Notes under the pieces: model-generated | The model's input: the letters and a program-made list of their open reading frames with translations, nothing else | The model's database searches: none | What the model was told of the DNA's origin: nothing | Translations under genes and position numbers: made by a program | NCBI GenBank assembly: GCA_963843375.1 | Contig: CAWJKT010000004.1 | Span: forward strand, 500,528-564,527 | Reading direction: 5' to 3' | From: an uncultured Pseudomonadota bacterium | Lineage (GTDB): Bacteria > Oederibacteriota > Muellerivitia > Muellerivitales > Muellerivitaceae | Length of the DNA: 64,000 nt | Shown here: piece after piece, positions 1 through 14,922 of the stretch | How positions within the stretch are numbered: the stretch's first letter is position 1 | Layout of the letters: the number at the start of each line of letters is the position of its first letter

Positions 1-290
1 CTCGAGCTCCACGTCACCGAGATGCCGCCGGGGCTGCCGGCGGATGACGCCCAGTTGTTGTCGAAGACCCACCCGGGGGCGCAGCAGTAGTCGTCTCCTC
101 CGCCCGACGCCGCCGTGCACGGGGACTTCTCCACCGACGCCGTGCAGGTGTCGCCCGCGTTCGATGACGACGCGCACAGGAGCACGAGGGCTGCGCTGAG
201 CGAGGCGAGGGTACCCCTGATCTTCGTACCGCTACCGACATGCGACGGCGAAAACAGCGGCGTGAACGTCCGGGGAATTGAAGACGCCAT
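1..290 (-). CDS. Secreted Cys-containing hypothetical protein, N-terminal part (runs off the window edge)
   Basis: ATG at 290 with GGAGG RBS upstream. Open frame MASSIPRTF...LSAALVLLCASSSNAGDTC...DDYCCAPGWVFDNNW to base 1, with a signal-peptide-like hydrophobic stretch. Not in the ORF track because there is no stop in the window. Confidence 0.65.
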   Translation of the reverse strand, partial: MASSIPRTFTPLFSPSHVGSGTKIRGTLASLSAALVLLCASSSNAGDTCTASVEKSPCTAASGGGDDYCCAPGWVFDNNWASSAGSPGGISVTWSS

Positions 291-526
291 GACGACCTCC
301 CTTCGGTAACGCGCTAATGCAAGCAGCTCCACGAAGGGATGCCAAGCGATTCGGCCTCGAACCGCGCCGCGAGAGGTCACATCTGCGGCGTCAGGGTCCA
401 ACGTGATTGTCCCCGCGGGGCCGTTGCCTGTCTGCGCGAGAAATTCAAGATGCTTCGAGCCGCAAGGCCTCCTTCGGGCGGCGACGCCGGGGTCCCTCGA
501 GCCCGGCTACCGCTGGCCGCGCGCGC

Positions 527-4402
<3,876 letters not shown>

Positions 4403-4856
4403 TGTCGTTCAGACTACGGGTTATCGAAAATTGAAACAATGAAATGAAGCGCACGAGAGACGATCGGGATCACACGCTCACCCGCGTGTAGCGAGATGGA
4501 TGGGGGAGCGTACGACGCGGAAGAGCGCACCTTTTGCCCACCTCTTGTCTGATCGACGGATACGGAGGTGCGCGCCCTGGAATGGCCAGGCAGATCCGGG
4601 AGTTATCGCGCGCGACGACGATCGCGGCGATGACCGGCACGATGAGCGGCGACTGAACGGCGAGAGCCAGCAGCAGTCGCCTTCCGCTCACGCCATCGCG
4701 GTATCCGGTGATCCCGCTGCAATGTCGGCGACCGCGCCAACGCGCGTACCCCCGGGCCGAAACGTCGACGTTGCTCGCGCGGAAGGCGAGCGCGACGACG
4801 ACGGATGAGGAGAGGTCAGCAGCCTTTTGGGTCAGGGCGCGACGAGCGCCCGCCCG

Positions 4857-5186
4857 CCCAACAGCGTGAAGCGGACGCGATACACGCTGCATCGGGCGCC
4901 CAACAGCGTGAAGCGGACGCGATGCACGCTGCATCGGGCGCCCAACAGCGTGAAGCGGACGCGATGCACGCTGCATCGGGCGCCCAACAGCGTGAAGCGG
5001 ACGCGATGCACGCTGCATCGGGCGCCCAACAGCGTGAAGCGGACGCGATGCACGCTGCATCGGGCGCCCAACAGCGTGAAGCGGACGCGATGCACGCTGC
5101 ATCGGGCGCCCAACAGCGTGAAGCGGACGCGATGCACGCTGCATCGGGCGCCCAACAGCGTGAAGCGGACGCGATGCACGCTGCAT
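4857..5186. repeat. Tandem repeat, 42-bp unit x ~7.9
   Basis: Unit CCCAACAGCGTGAAGCGGACGCGATGCACGCTGCATCGGGCG starts at 4857, 4899 ... 5151. Only the first copy differs (one G>A change). Each unit holds a CGATGCA-CGC-TGCATCG hairpin. Confidence 0.97.
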
Positions 5187-5731
5187 GGTGCGGGATGCCA
5201 CTGTACGGGTGTGCCCCTCGCGGGTCGTGGACGTTGGACGTTGCGTACACGGCACGTGGACGGAGGATCGGCGCCGGCTGACGCGTCGTCGAAGACGACC
5301 GCGTAACGCCTACGACCACGACGGGTGCCTGCGCCCGACCGAACGACGTCGGGCCTAGCCCTGGCCCAAGGTCACCGAGCGCGATTCTCGATCACGGCAA
5401 GGAAGCAGGAATCCGGGGCCCTCTCGATTCTCTTGGCGCCTTCGTGGCTTGGCGGCTCTCCCTCTGGAGTTCGAGGATCGCGACGCTGGTTTTAGCCCTC
5501 GACGCCGATAAGACTAGCCAGGCGCGCCATCCCGCGGGCAGAGGGTCCCTCGCCTGCTCGCCTACGAGCCGGGACGCCTCGCTTACTTTCGACGATCTTT
5601 CGCGCGTTTGTACCGCCACCACACGCCGTGTGCGATTCTCGGCTCACACCGTCTCGTAGCCCGGAGAGCGCGGGAAACGACGGCGCCGGCCGTGTCGCGC
5701 GCTCGTCGGTGCAGAGAGTAGTCTGCACTCC

Positions 5732-7504
5732 ATGAACTTCGCCTCTCGCTCGTTCTCCTTGGCCTTGGGCGTACTCTGTTTGGGTGCGTGCAGCTCGAGC
5801 TCCTCGAGCCCGGCCGCCCCGAATCCGCAGGTGGACTCGGGGACCCCGCCGACGATCGATGCGGGCTCACCCGAAGCGTCCGCCTCCAGCCTCGACGTCC
5901 CGACCGACAAGGGAATGGTCCACGGTGCGACGGCCGGCGGCGTGCGGTCGTTTCTCGGCATTCCCTTCGCCGCGACGACCGGCGGAGACAACCGCTGGAA
6001 GCCGCCGCAGCCCGCGGCCGCCTGGACGACGACCCTCGAGGCGACGACCCTCGGTCCGATCTGCCCGCAGATCGATCCGTCGACGATGAAGTACGCGACG
6101 ACGAGCGACGAGAACTGCCTGAATCTCAACGTGTGGACGCCGGATCCGGCGCCCACCACTCCGCTCCCCGTCATGGTCTGGATCTTCGGCGGCGCGTTCG
6201 TCTTCGGCAGCGGCGGCGCGGCTCCTTACAACGGGAATCACCTCGTTCCGAACGGAAACGTCGTGGTCGTGTCGATGAACTACCGGGTGGGCGCCCTGGG
6301 CTTTCTCGCGCACGGCGCGCTCGCGGCCGAAGATGCCTCCAAGTCGACGGGAAACTACGGCCTCCTCGACCAGCAGGCGGCGCTCAAGTGGGTCCAGACG
6401 AACATCGCGGCGTTTGGCGGCGACAAGACCAACGTGACGGTCTTCGGCGAGTCGGCAGGCGGCAAGAGCGTCTGCCTGCAGCTCCTTTCTCCGGGAAGCC
6501 AAGGGCTCTTCAGCAAGGCCATCGTCGAGAGCGGGCTCTGCTTGACGCCGGGCCTCACGCTCAGCGCGGCGGAGGCGCAGGGCGACCGGTATGCGACGGC
6601 GATGGGATGCACGGACGCGGACGCTGCGTCGGCGCTCTCGTGTCTGCGTGCGCTGCCCCCGACGACCATCATCAACGGGCCGGCGACGCCCCCGCCCCAG
6701 CTGCCCGGTGGCCTCTTCTATCAGGACAGCAGCACGTCCCTGTCCTTCCAGCCCATCGTCGACGGCACGTTCCTGACGGATCAGCCGGCGGCGCTCTTCA
6801 CCGCGAACAAGGAAGCCGCGGTTCCCGTGCTCCAGGGTGCGAACACCGACGAGGGCATCCTCTTTCAGACCGCGGCCCTGGGGCCGTACACGTCCGTGAC
6901 CACGGAGACGGACTACCTGGCTGCGCTCACGCGGACGTTCGGCCCGAACGCGAGTGCCATCGCCGCACAATATCCAGTCGCCGGCGGAGACGCGGGAGCG
7001 CCCGCCCTGGACGCCGGATCGCCGAGTGACGCCGGCGCCGTCGTCGCCTTCGCCACGCCCGACGAGGCGCTCACTCAGGTCAGCGGAGACGCGTTCTTCG
7101 TGTGCCAGGCTCGCAGGCTCGAGCGGATCCTCTCGGCAAACGCCCCGAAGACGTATCTCTACAGCTTCAATGGCCCGCTCACGGGCGTCCCTCTCCCGCC
7201 ACTCATGGGGGTCGCGTTTCACAGCAGCGAGCTTCCGTACGTGTTCGGCAACGCGTACTTGCTCGGCAGCGTGCCCGCCGCCGGCGCATCGCTGGTCACC
7301 GCGATGGAGGGGTACTGGACGGCCTTCGCGAAGAGCGGCGATCCGAACGGGGGCTCGAGCCCCATGTGGCCGCCCTACACGACCGCGGGAGATCAACACA
7401 TCAACCTCGACACCTCCATCACCGTGGGCACCGGGCTCGAAAAGGCGAACTGCGACTTCTGGGACAGCTACGTGGCCGCCAACCCCACGGTTGCGGGCCT
7501 CTGA
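5732..7504 (+). CDS. Type-B carboxylesterase/lipase family lipoprotein
   Basis: Lipobox CLGAC; motifs FLGIPFA, ENCLNLNVW, WIFGGAF, NYRVG, FGESAGG (catalytic Ser), FHSSELPYVFG. Confidence 0.95.
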   Translation: MNFASRSFSLALGVLCLGACSSSSSSPAAPNPQVDSGTPPTIDAGSPEASASSLDVPTDKGMVHGATAGGVRSFLGIPFAATTGGDNRWKPPQPAAAWTTTLEATTLGPICPQIDPSTMKYATTSDENCLNLNVWTPDPAPTTPLPVMVWIFGGAFVFGSGGAAPYNGNHLVPNGNVVVVSMNYRVGALGFLAHGALAAEDASKSTGNYGLLDQQAALKWVQTNIAAFGGDKTNVTVFGESAGGKSVCLQLLSPGSQGLFSKAIVESGLCLTPGLTLSAAEAQGDRYATAMGCTDADAASALSCLRALPPTTIINGPATPPPQLPGGLFYQDSSTSLSFQPIVDGTFLTDQPAALFTANKEAAVPVLQGANTDEGILFQTAALGPYTSVTTETDYLAALTRTFGPNASAIAAQYPVAGGDAGAPALDAGSPSDAGAVVAFATPDEALTQVSGDAFFVCQARRLERILSANAPKTYLYSFNGPLTGVPLPPLMGVAFHSSELPYVFGNAYLLGSVPAAGASLVTAMEGYWTAFAKSGDPNGGSSPMWPPYTTAGDQHINLDTSITVGTGLEKANCDFWDSYVAANPTVAGL

Positions 7505-7955
7505 CGCGCCCAGGGCTCGCGCCCTTCCGTTCCATCGGAAAGCGAACCGCAGGGCTCAGCAGCCCGGCACGAGGTCGACGCCGCCGAAGAACTCCGCGGA
7601 GACGGCCTCCCACGCGTGCCGGTTCTCCTCCTAGCCGCCGTCGATTCGCTGCGGCGCCAGAACGTCGACCTCGTCGTCCGTGCTGTCGAGCCGATCGAGC
7701 GCGAGGCGCGAGGCCGGATCGGACGCGAACCGGCTTGCCACGGCAGCGCGGACGGGGCTCGTGGAGTCGGCGATCGCTGCGCGCGGGCTCGCGAATGCGA
7801 GCAGCCCGCCGACCGCGAGGACGCGACGCAGGGTCTCATCCATTTCGAGTCGGACAATCGCCTCACCAGGGTGTTCCGGGCGCTCTCGCGCGGCGGACGG
7901 GCCCGTTCCGATAGGTGTTGGCGGAGGTTATATCCCCGCTGCTAGAGCTGACGCG

Positions 7956-9356
7956 ATGCACAGCTACCTCGAGCGGTATCTCATCGCCCACGTATCCACG
8001 GTTCTCGCAGCGATCGGGGCGTTCGGGATGATGACCGGTCTCGGCGGGTCGCGTCGGACGTCGCAGAGCACGCTCGCATGGCTGCTCGGGGTCGTATTCA
8101 TGCCCTTCGTCGCGCTCCCTCTCTTTCTCGTCTTCGGAAGCCGAAAATTCCCGCAGAGGGCCAAGGGGCCGGAGGACGACGCCGACCGCAGGGCCGCGAT
8201 CGGCGAGCTCGGGACACAGACGCCGGGCTGCGCGCGCGTACTCCGATCGTGCGGCGTCGCGCCTCCACGGGAGGGCAATTCCTTCGAGCTCTTGACCACG
8301 GGCGAGACCGCGTACGCCAGGCTCATGGAGCTCATCGCCGCCGCAGACCGGACGATCGACCTCACGATGTTCATCCTCGGTCACGACGCCACGGGCCGAG
8401 CGGTCGTCGAGGCGCTGGCGGCGCGCGCGGCAAAGGGGGTGAGCGTCCGGGTGATCCTCGACGCCGTCGGTTCGTCCCGATCGAGGCGCCACGCCGCGAG
8501 CACGCTCGGCGCGGTGGGGGCGGAGGTGCGTTCGTTCATGCCGTTCGGGCATTCGCCGATCCGGGGTCGAACGAACCTGCGTAGCCATCGAAAGCTGGTG
8601 GTCTTCGACGGCGAGCACGTCTTCACCGGCGGCATGAACCTGGCCAACGAATACATGGGCGAGTCGGCGACGGAGCTGCCGCGCTGGCGCGATGTCGCCG
8701 CGGTGACGAGCGGTCCGGTGGCAGCCGACGCCGAGGCGATGTTCGAGTCGGACTGGGTCTACTGCGGGGGTTCGGCGCGCAAGACCGCAAGTACGGAGTC
8801 CGCCAAGAGGTCGGCGCGCGGCGATGCGATCGTACAGGTGGTCCCCAGCGGCCCCGAGCTCCTCGCCGACACCGTGTACGACCTTTTCTTGACGGGAATC
8901 TTCGAGGCTCGAGACCGGGTCGCGCTGGTGACTCCCTACTACGTTCCGGACGACTCTCTCCAGCACGCCCTGGTGCTCTCGGCCCGTCGCGGGGTCCGGA
9001 CCGAGGTCGTCATCCCCACGGTGTCGAATCACCGCATCGCCGACGTCGCGCGTCGAAGCCTCCTGCGCGAGCTGACGTCGGCCGGCGTCCGCGTCCGGTA
9101 CTACCCGCGGGGGATGGTGCACGCGAAGGCCATGGTGATCGACGACGCGTTCGCCTACGTCGGTTCTCCGAACTTCGACATGCGGAGTCTGTTTCTGAAC
9201 TACGAGAATGCACTCTGCGTCTATTCGCCGCAGGCCATCGCCGCGATCCGCGGGTTCATCGACGGCTTGATGGCCGAGTGCGACGCGGAGGGGCCTCCCG
9301 CTGCCGAACATCGCATCCGCGAGCAGCTCGCCCGCTTCCTGGCGCCGGAGCTCTGA
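7956..9356 (+). CDS. cls: Cardiolipin synthase (phospholipase D family)
   Basis: N-terminal TM pair (AWLLGVVFMPFVALPLFLVFG); two HKD motifs, SHRKLVVFD and HAKAMVIDD; GSPNFDMRSL. Confidence 0.9.
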   Translation: MHSYLERYLIAHVSTVLAAIGAFGMMTGLGGSRRTSQSTLAWLLGVVFMPFVALPLFLVFGSRKFPQRAKGPEDDADRRAAIGELGTQTPGCARVLRSCGVAPPREGNSFELLTTGETAYARLMELIAAADRTIDLTMFILGHDATGRAVVEALAARAAKGVSVRVILDAVGSSRSRRHAASTLGAVGAEVRSFMPFGHSPIRGRTNLRSHRKLVVFDGEHVFTGGMNLANEYMGESATELPRWRDVAAVTSGPVAADAEAMFESDWVYCGGSARKTASTESAKRSARGDAIVQVVPSGPELLADTVYDLFLTGIFEARDRVALVTPYYVPDDSLQHALVLSARRGVRTEVVIPTVSNHRIADVARRSLLRELTSAGVRVRYYPRGMVHAKAMVIDDAFAYVGSPNFDMRSLFLNYENALCVYSPQAIAAIRGFIDGLMAECDAEGPPAAEHRIREQLARFLAPEL

Positions 9357-9388
9357 CTCGACGAGCGGCCGCGCGTCGTATCGCGGTC

Positions 9389-10171
9389 TCAGCCCGCGCT
9401 CGCGATCGAGAGTCCGCCGTCCACCGGGATGACGGTCCCGGTCACGTAGGCCGCCGCTCGCGAGGCGAGGAAGATGGCGATTCCGGCCATGTCCGGCGGA
9501 GCCCCGATGCGCCCGAGCGGGCAGCGCTCGACGATCGCGTCTCGCATGTTGTCGAGGAGCCACTCCGTCATGCGGCTCTCGAAGGGCCCCGGGGCCACGG
9601 CGTTCACCGTGATGTGACGCGGGCCGAGCTTGACCGCGAGGACGCGCGTCAGGTGATGAACGGCGGCCTTCGACGCCGAGTAGGCGAAGTTGTCGACCGA
9701 GGGCACGCGGAGCCCGTCGATCGACCCGATGTTGATGATCCTCGCCGGATCCTCGGCCGTACCTCCGGCGGTCAGCAGAGGCAGGAGGGCCTGGCTGAGG
9801 AAGAAGACGGCCTCCGTGTTCAGCGCCGTGACCTTCCGGAAGCCGTCCTCGGGATAGGTGTCGACCGGAGCGCCCCAGTTGGTTCCGGCGTTGTTCACCA
9901 GGACGTGGAGCGCGATCTCTCGCGCTGCGAGGGTGGCGACGAGTTGGTTGCGGCCGGCCGTGGTGGCCACGTCGGACGGGATCGATTGGCATTCGCCGTG
10001 TTTTCGCAGCTCGAGGGCCACGGCGTCGCACGCCTCTTTCTTGCGCGACGAGATGTACACACGGGCGCCGGCGCGGACGTACGCCTCGGCAATCATCAGG
10101 CCGATGCCGCTCGAGCCTCCGGTGACCAGGGTGACCTTGCCGCGGATCGAAAAAGGAGTGTCTGCCGTCAT
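9389..10171 (-). CDS. SDR family oxidoreductase
   Basis: TGGSSGIG, NNAG, YSASKAA (YxxxK), VTGTVIPVDGG. Confidence 0.95.
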   Translation of the reverse strand: MTADTPFSIRGKVTLVTGGSSGIGLMIAEAYVRAGARVYISSRKKEACDAVALELRKHGECQSIPSDVATTAGRNQLVATLAAREIALHVLVNNAGTNWGAPVDTYPEDGFRKVTALNTEAVFFLSQALLPLLTAGGTAEDPARIINIGSIDGLRVPSVDNFAYSASKAAVHHLTRVLAVKLGPRHITVNAVAPGPFESRMTEWLLDNMRDAIVERCPLGRIGAPPDMAGIAIFLASRAAAYVTGTVIPVDGGLSIASAG

Positions 10172-10307
10172 GCGCGCTAACCCATCAAGGAGGCAGTCCG
10201 GCGTCAAGGGCGACCGTTACGCAGCGGGCCCCGCGGTCCGCACCCAGAGGCCACCGACCCTGTAACGCTCGACCGTCTCGCCGTATGTCATGGGCGGAGG
10301 GACCGTC

Positions 10308-11048
10308 ATGACCGTCACCAACCCCGTGTCCGGAACCAACGTCCACGAGATCGCATCGGGCATCTTTCGCATCAGCACGCCCGTGCCACCGAACCCGGCC
10401 TTGCCTGGCGGGTTCACGTTCAATCAGTTCCTCGTCGTCGACGAGCAACCGCTGCTCTTCCATACGGGGCCGTACCGTATGTTCCCGCTCGTGCACGAGG
10501 CCGTCGCGCACGTGCTGGGCGACGTCGCCAAGCTCCGCTGGGTGTCGTTTTCGCACTACGAGGCCGACGAGTGCGGTTCGCTCAACGAGTGGCTTGCGGC
10601 GGCGCCGCGGGCAGAGGCGGCGTGCAGCGCGATCGGCGCCATGGTCTCGGTGGGCGACGTCTCGGCCCGCCCCCCGCGTCCTCTGGCCGACGGCGAAGAG
10701 ATCGCGCTGGGACAGAAGCGCGTCCGCTGGCTGGACGCGCCTCACCTCCCCCACAACTGGGAGTGCGGCTACCTTTTCGAGTCCACCACGCGCACGCTGC
10801 TCTGCGGCGACCTGTTCACCCACGGCGGCGCGGAGCTGCCGCCGATCACGGACGCTGACGTGCTCGGACCCGCAGAGGCCATGCGCAAGGCGATGCCCGC
10901 CAGCGTCGCCGTCGACCGCAGCGCCCGCGCGATCCTCGAGAAGCTGGCGGCGACGGAGCCGCGCACGTTGGCCCTGATGCACGGGAGCTCGTATCGTGGA
11001 GACGGAGCCGCGCTGCTTCGCGCCCTGGCGGACGCGCTGGGCGTGTGA
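10308..11048 (+). CDS. Metallo-beta-lactamase-fold protein (stand-alone FprA/ODP-like di-iron domain)
   Basis: FTFNQFLV, FSHYEADECG, PHLPHNWE, LCGDLF, LMHG; GGAGG RBS. Confidence 0.85.
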   Translation: MTVTNPVSGTNVHEIASGIFRISTPVPPNPALPGGFTFNQFLVVDEQPLLFHTGPYRMFPLVHEAVAHVLGDVAKLRWVSFSHYEADECGSLNEWLAAAPRAEAACSAIGAMVSVGDVSARPPRPLADGEEIALGQKRVRWLDAPHLPHNWECGYLFESTTRTLLCGDLFTHGGAELPPITDADVLGPAEAMRKAMPASVAVDRSARAILEKLAATEPRTLALMHGSSYRGDGAALLRALADALGV

Positions 11049-11108
11049 GGGATGCGCGCCGGTGAACGCGCCGCGATCGAGCGAGTATTCGCCCGAAACC
11101 GCGTGCGC

Positions 11109-12170
11109 TCACGTCACGCGGACGATGCAGCGGAAGCCCACGTGACAGGTGGTCGTGTCGACGGTCTCGGGAATGCGCGCCGCCGGGCGGTAGCGCAGAC
11201 AGTAGTTCGGGGCGCAGAGAAAGGAGCCGCCCTTGAGGACCCGTCGTCCGATCTTCACTGGAAGCGTGGGGTCGACGCTTTCGGCGAGCGTGGCCCCGCG
11301 CGGGTTGCGAGGCGTGCAGCACGGGCGCTGCGGCGCCCGACGCGTCGGAGAGAACCAGTCGCAGGTCCACTCCCAGACGTTGCCCCCCACGTCGAACAGG
11401 CCGTAGCCGTTCGCGGGGAACGCGCCCACGGGAGACGTCCGTTCGTGGCCGTCCTCGAGGAGGTTCTGCCACGGAAACTCCCCCTGCCAGGTGTTCGCCA
11501 TCGACTTGCCGCCGGGCGCGAACTCGTCGCCCCACGCGTAGACGGCCTGATCGAGTCCACCGCGAGCGGCGCGCTCCCACTCCGCCTCTGTCGGCAACGC
11601 CTTGCCCGCCCAGCTTGCGTACGCGTCGACGTCTTCGCAAGCGACGTGGACGACGGGGTGGTCGTCGCGCTCGTCGAGCGAGCTCTCCGGCCCTTCGGGA
11701 TGGCGCCAGTCGGCTCCGGGTACGTATTGCCACCACTGCGTGCAGTCGCGGATGTCGACCCGGCGCGAGGGCTTGAAGAAGACCGCCGAGCCCGGCACGA
11801 GCAGGTCCGGGCGCGCGCCGGGGTAGCTCTTCGGATCAGGCGGACGCTCGGCGAACGTCACGTAGCCGGTCTCTTCGACGAAGCGGCGAAACTGCCGGTT
11901 GGTGACGGGCCCGCAATCCATCCAGAACCCGTCCACGGCGACCCTGCGGACGGGCGCTTCCTCGGGATAGTGACGGTCGGAGCCCATGAAGAAGGCACCG
12001 CCGGGGATCCAGGCCATCTCACGCGTGAGCGGCGTGACCGGCGGCGCCGGCGAGGAGGAGCGGGTTCTGCGCGGCTTGCCATGTCGTCCGCGAAGCAGGC
12101 GGCGTGCCGGTGGATCGCGAGCGAACCCCGGGCCGCTGGGGTGGGGTGCGCTCGGGCTGGTCGCGGTCAT
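11109..12170 (-). CDS. Formylglycine-generating enzyme family protein (SUMF1/FGE-sulfatase domain)
   Basis: FFMGSD, HPVVHV, LPTEAEWE, NGYGLFDVGGNVWEW, KGGSFLCAPNYCLRYRPAAR, GFRC. The true start may lie downstream (MAWIPGG). Confidence 0.93.
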   Translation of the reverse strand: MTATSPSAPHPSGPGFARDPPARRLLRGRHGKPRRTRSSSPAPPVTPLTREMAWIPGGAFFMGSDRHYPEEAPVRRVAVDGFWMDCGPVTNRQFRRFVEETGYVTFAERPPDPKSYPGARPDLLVPGSAVFFKPSRRVDIRDCTQWWQYVPGADWRHPEGPESSLDERDDHPVVHVACEDVDAYASWAGKALPTEAEWERAARGGLDQAVYAWGDEFAPGGKSMANTWQGEFPWQNLLEDGHERTSPVGAFPANGYGLFDVGGNVWEWTCDWFSPTRRAPQRPCCTPRNPRGATLAESVDPTLPVKIGRRVLKGGSFLCAPNYCLRYRPAARIPETVDTTTCHVGFRCIVRVT

Positions 12171-13944
12171 CCGGGGGCGCCGTTCGAAGAGCGCCGCACG
12201 GCGGCCGCGGCGCGACGTCGGCGGATCGCCAGCGCGATGAAGCCCGCGGCGGCAATCACGCTAGCTCCTCGGCCGTTCCCGCTCCCACGGTCGGGCGCCG
12301 ACCTGCACGAACAGCCCGGACTGGAGGCCGCGGGAAAGGCGTCGTTCGAAATGCCGAAGCCGTTCGAGCAGCTCGGGCACGCGTCTTGGGCTGCGCCTCC
12401 CTCCAGGAGATCCTCGCTCGCGTCGTCTTGGGCATCGCTGCCCGACGTTCCCGCGTCAATCGACATCATGGCGTCGTCGCTCATGCTCGCATCGGCCGGC
12501 GGCGCCGCGCCGTCGAGCGAGGGAGGAAGCGGTCCGGCGAGCAGCGCCAGGCGCTCGCCGTTGGGCGTGCCGAGGCCCGTGGGCCCATCCCACCCCTTGC
12601 CGGCGGTGCACATGACGTCGCTGCAAAGGCCGTCGTCGTCGTTCTTGCCGGAGGTCACGTCGTTGAAGTCCTCGATGTGCTCGTAAAAGAGCGCGTGGTT
12701 GTCCTTCCCCGCGAGACCGAGGCGAACCATGATCGCGGCCACGAGCGGCGAGGCGGCGCTCGTGCCCTCGACGCTGTTCCAGCCATCGTCGTCGGTGTCG
12801 TAGGCGGCGATGCCGCCCCCGGACGCCGTCGGGTCGAACTGAGCGGCTGCCGAGAGATCGACCGACGCGCGCTTGGTGCAGCTGCCGAAGTTGAATCCCG
12901 ACGACGACTGCCACGTGGGACGTGGGAACTCCTCGCTGCACCCGCTGCCGCCGGCTCCCAGACCCCCCCCGCCAAGGAATCCACTCTGGCCCGAGTCGTC
13001 GTTCCACGCGACCTCGGAGTAGCTTCCTCCGGTCAGCTGGAGGGTCGTGCCACCGACGCCGACGACGGAGGGGGCCGTCGCGGGGTAACTCGCGCCGGAT
13101 CCGAAGCCCTGTTGCTCGTTGTCGTATCCGGAGTCGCCGGACGCGGCGAAAACGAGCATGCCTGCGTTCTCGTAGGGAGACGGATCGTCGGAGCCGCTCT
13201 CCGGTCCCCCCAGCTGTTGCTCGACGCCGCCGCGCCGACGACCGTCGCGGCGATCTGGTTCATCTTGTCCAAATCGTTCGTGTTGCTGGCTTCGACGAGG
13301 ACGATGCTGCAGTCGGGGCACGCCGCGCTGACCATGTCCATGTCCAGGCCGGTCTCGCCGGACCATCCGGCGCAATCGTCGGTCGTGACCGAGTGGGTCG
13401 TGCCGTCCTCTCCGACGCGCGCAAAACAGGCCGTTCCGTTCGGCGCCGGGACCCCCGAGGCATCGACCGGGCACGCGGGCAGCTCGGGGATCCCGAACTG
13501 CTTCCGGTACGCGTTGACGTCGTCCATCCCGTGGACGGACGGTAGCTCGATCAGCGCGACAATCTTCCCGCCTGCGCTCGTGGAGGGAGGGATCTGATAG
13601 GCCGTGAGCACGTCGTTGGGCGTCATGCTCCCTGCAAGGGGCGTCCGGCCCCCCCCGCCGCCGAGAGACTGACAGGAGGGGTCGCCGAACCCGGGAAAGG
13701 GGGCGTCGGGTCGGACCTGCGCCGCGTCGCCATCGACGACGCGCTCGGCGAAGCATCGCCGCGAGCGAAGCGTCCGTTCCGGACACACGTCCTGCAGGGT
13801 CCTGCCGAATCGATCGCGATGCCGCCAGGGCCTCAGGCCCGACGAGGCCGCGCCCATCGGAGGCGCAGCGGTCGCCGTGCTGTCGACGAAGCATGCCGCG
13901 GCAATGAGTAGACCAACCCAAAGGGTGACACGGGTCCCTGCCAT
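12167..13944 (-). CDS. Secreted S53/S8 (sedolisin/subtilase-like) peptidase with a MYXO-CTERM-like C-terminus; one frameshift near 13206-13211
   Basis: Signal peptide; ETGLDMDMVSAACP; SNSWG; AASGDSG; YPA...VVGVGGT; GTSAASP; GWDGPTGLGTPNG; C-terminal GCSC...hydrophobic...RRRR. The frameshift lies in a 6-nt homopolymer. Confidence 0.88.
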
Positions 13945-14268
13945 GATCTCACCTCCAGGCCTCTGGTTCGCCGGGCCGTCGCCAGGTGCGCACTCAGGTC
14001 AGTACCGGCGATCGCGCGGGCGAAGCAAACGCGAGACCCTCAGGGAAATAGAGCGCGACGCGCGTGCTGGAATATTCGGCCGACGCAGGCGCGATTCCGT
14101 GCTCCCACTATCGCGAAACCGGAAACGTTCACCGAGGCGATAGAGAACCGCGACGCATCCACCTGATGAGGGCGTCGCCGGTTGGACCTGTGGGACGGCA
14201 GCGCGCGGTCCGTCCGACGACGCCGCGATCGCGCGCAAGGGCCGCTTCGCGGCGCGCCTCCTCGTTAC

Positions 14269-14847
14269 TTACGGGAGTTCGTACCCCAGGGCGGACTCGA
14301 CCTCGATCGTCCGCAGCACCGCGGGCCGCGCCAACATTCGATCGAAGTGCGCGGCAAGGCCCGGGTGGTCCGCGGGGGCCGGCTGCATGGCGCGCTGAAA
14401 TCGCCAGTAGAGCCGAAAGAGATGGATGTCGGCGATCGTGTAGCGCCCTATCGCCCACTCGCGTCCGCCGAGCCTCCGATCGGCGATGCCGAACACCTCC
14501 CTCCATCGATCGACGCCCGAGCGGCGCCCAGGATGAACGGTCGAGGCGAGGAACGACATCCACGACACGACCTGGGCCTCGGCCTCGATGTCGCCGTCCG
14601 GCAGCAGGTGCGCTGCCGGGTAGCGACGGGCCAGGTAAAAGAGGTTGGCGGCCACCTCCGTCATCGGACGCCCGTCGATCACCAGAGTCGGCACCTTGCC
14701 CTCGGGATTGATCGCCAGGTACTCGGGGCTCTGCATCTCCTGCTTCTTGAAAGAGAGGAGTCGGATCTCGAACGGGACGCCAACCTCGTGGAGCGCGATG
14801 TGCGTCGCCATCGAGCTGGCGCCCGGAGCGAGATAGAGGGTGAGCAT
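14269..14847 (-). CDS. Glutathione S-transferase
   Basis: MLTLYLAPGASSMATHIAL, INPEGKVPTL, YTIADIHLF. Confidence 0.93.
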   Translation of the reverse strand: MLTLYLAPGASSMATHIALHEVGVPFEIRLLSFKKQEMQSPEYLAINPEGKVPTLVIDGRPMTEVAANLFYLARRYPAAHLLPDGDIEAEAQVVSWMSFLASTVHPGRRSGVDRWREVFGIADRRLGGREWAIGRYTIADIHLFRLYWRFQRAMQPAPADHPGLAAHFDRMLARPAVLRTIEVESALGYELP

Positions 14848-14922
14848 GCGCAGAAGGTGGCCGAAGCCTCGCGGCGCGTCCAGTCCGGCACTCGGACCTT
14901 GTTCCCGCCTATCATGGGGGCA

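Noticed and set aside
4857..5186. CRISPR or other guide-RNA array
   Set aside because: The units are contiguous and identical, with no variable spacers and no cas-like gene in the window.
4470..5319. Five overlapping repeat-encoded ORFs
   Set aside because: They are open only because the unit is 42 bp and stop-poor; no frame is favoured by RBS or domain evidence.
7555..7843. Small secreted ORF (MDETLRRVLAVGG...) with possible continuation past a TAG
   Set aside because: It may be a gene remnant, but no family is recognisable.
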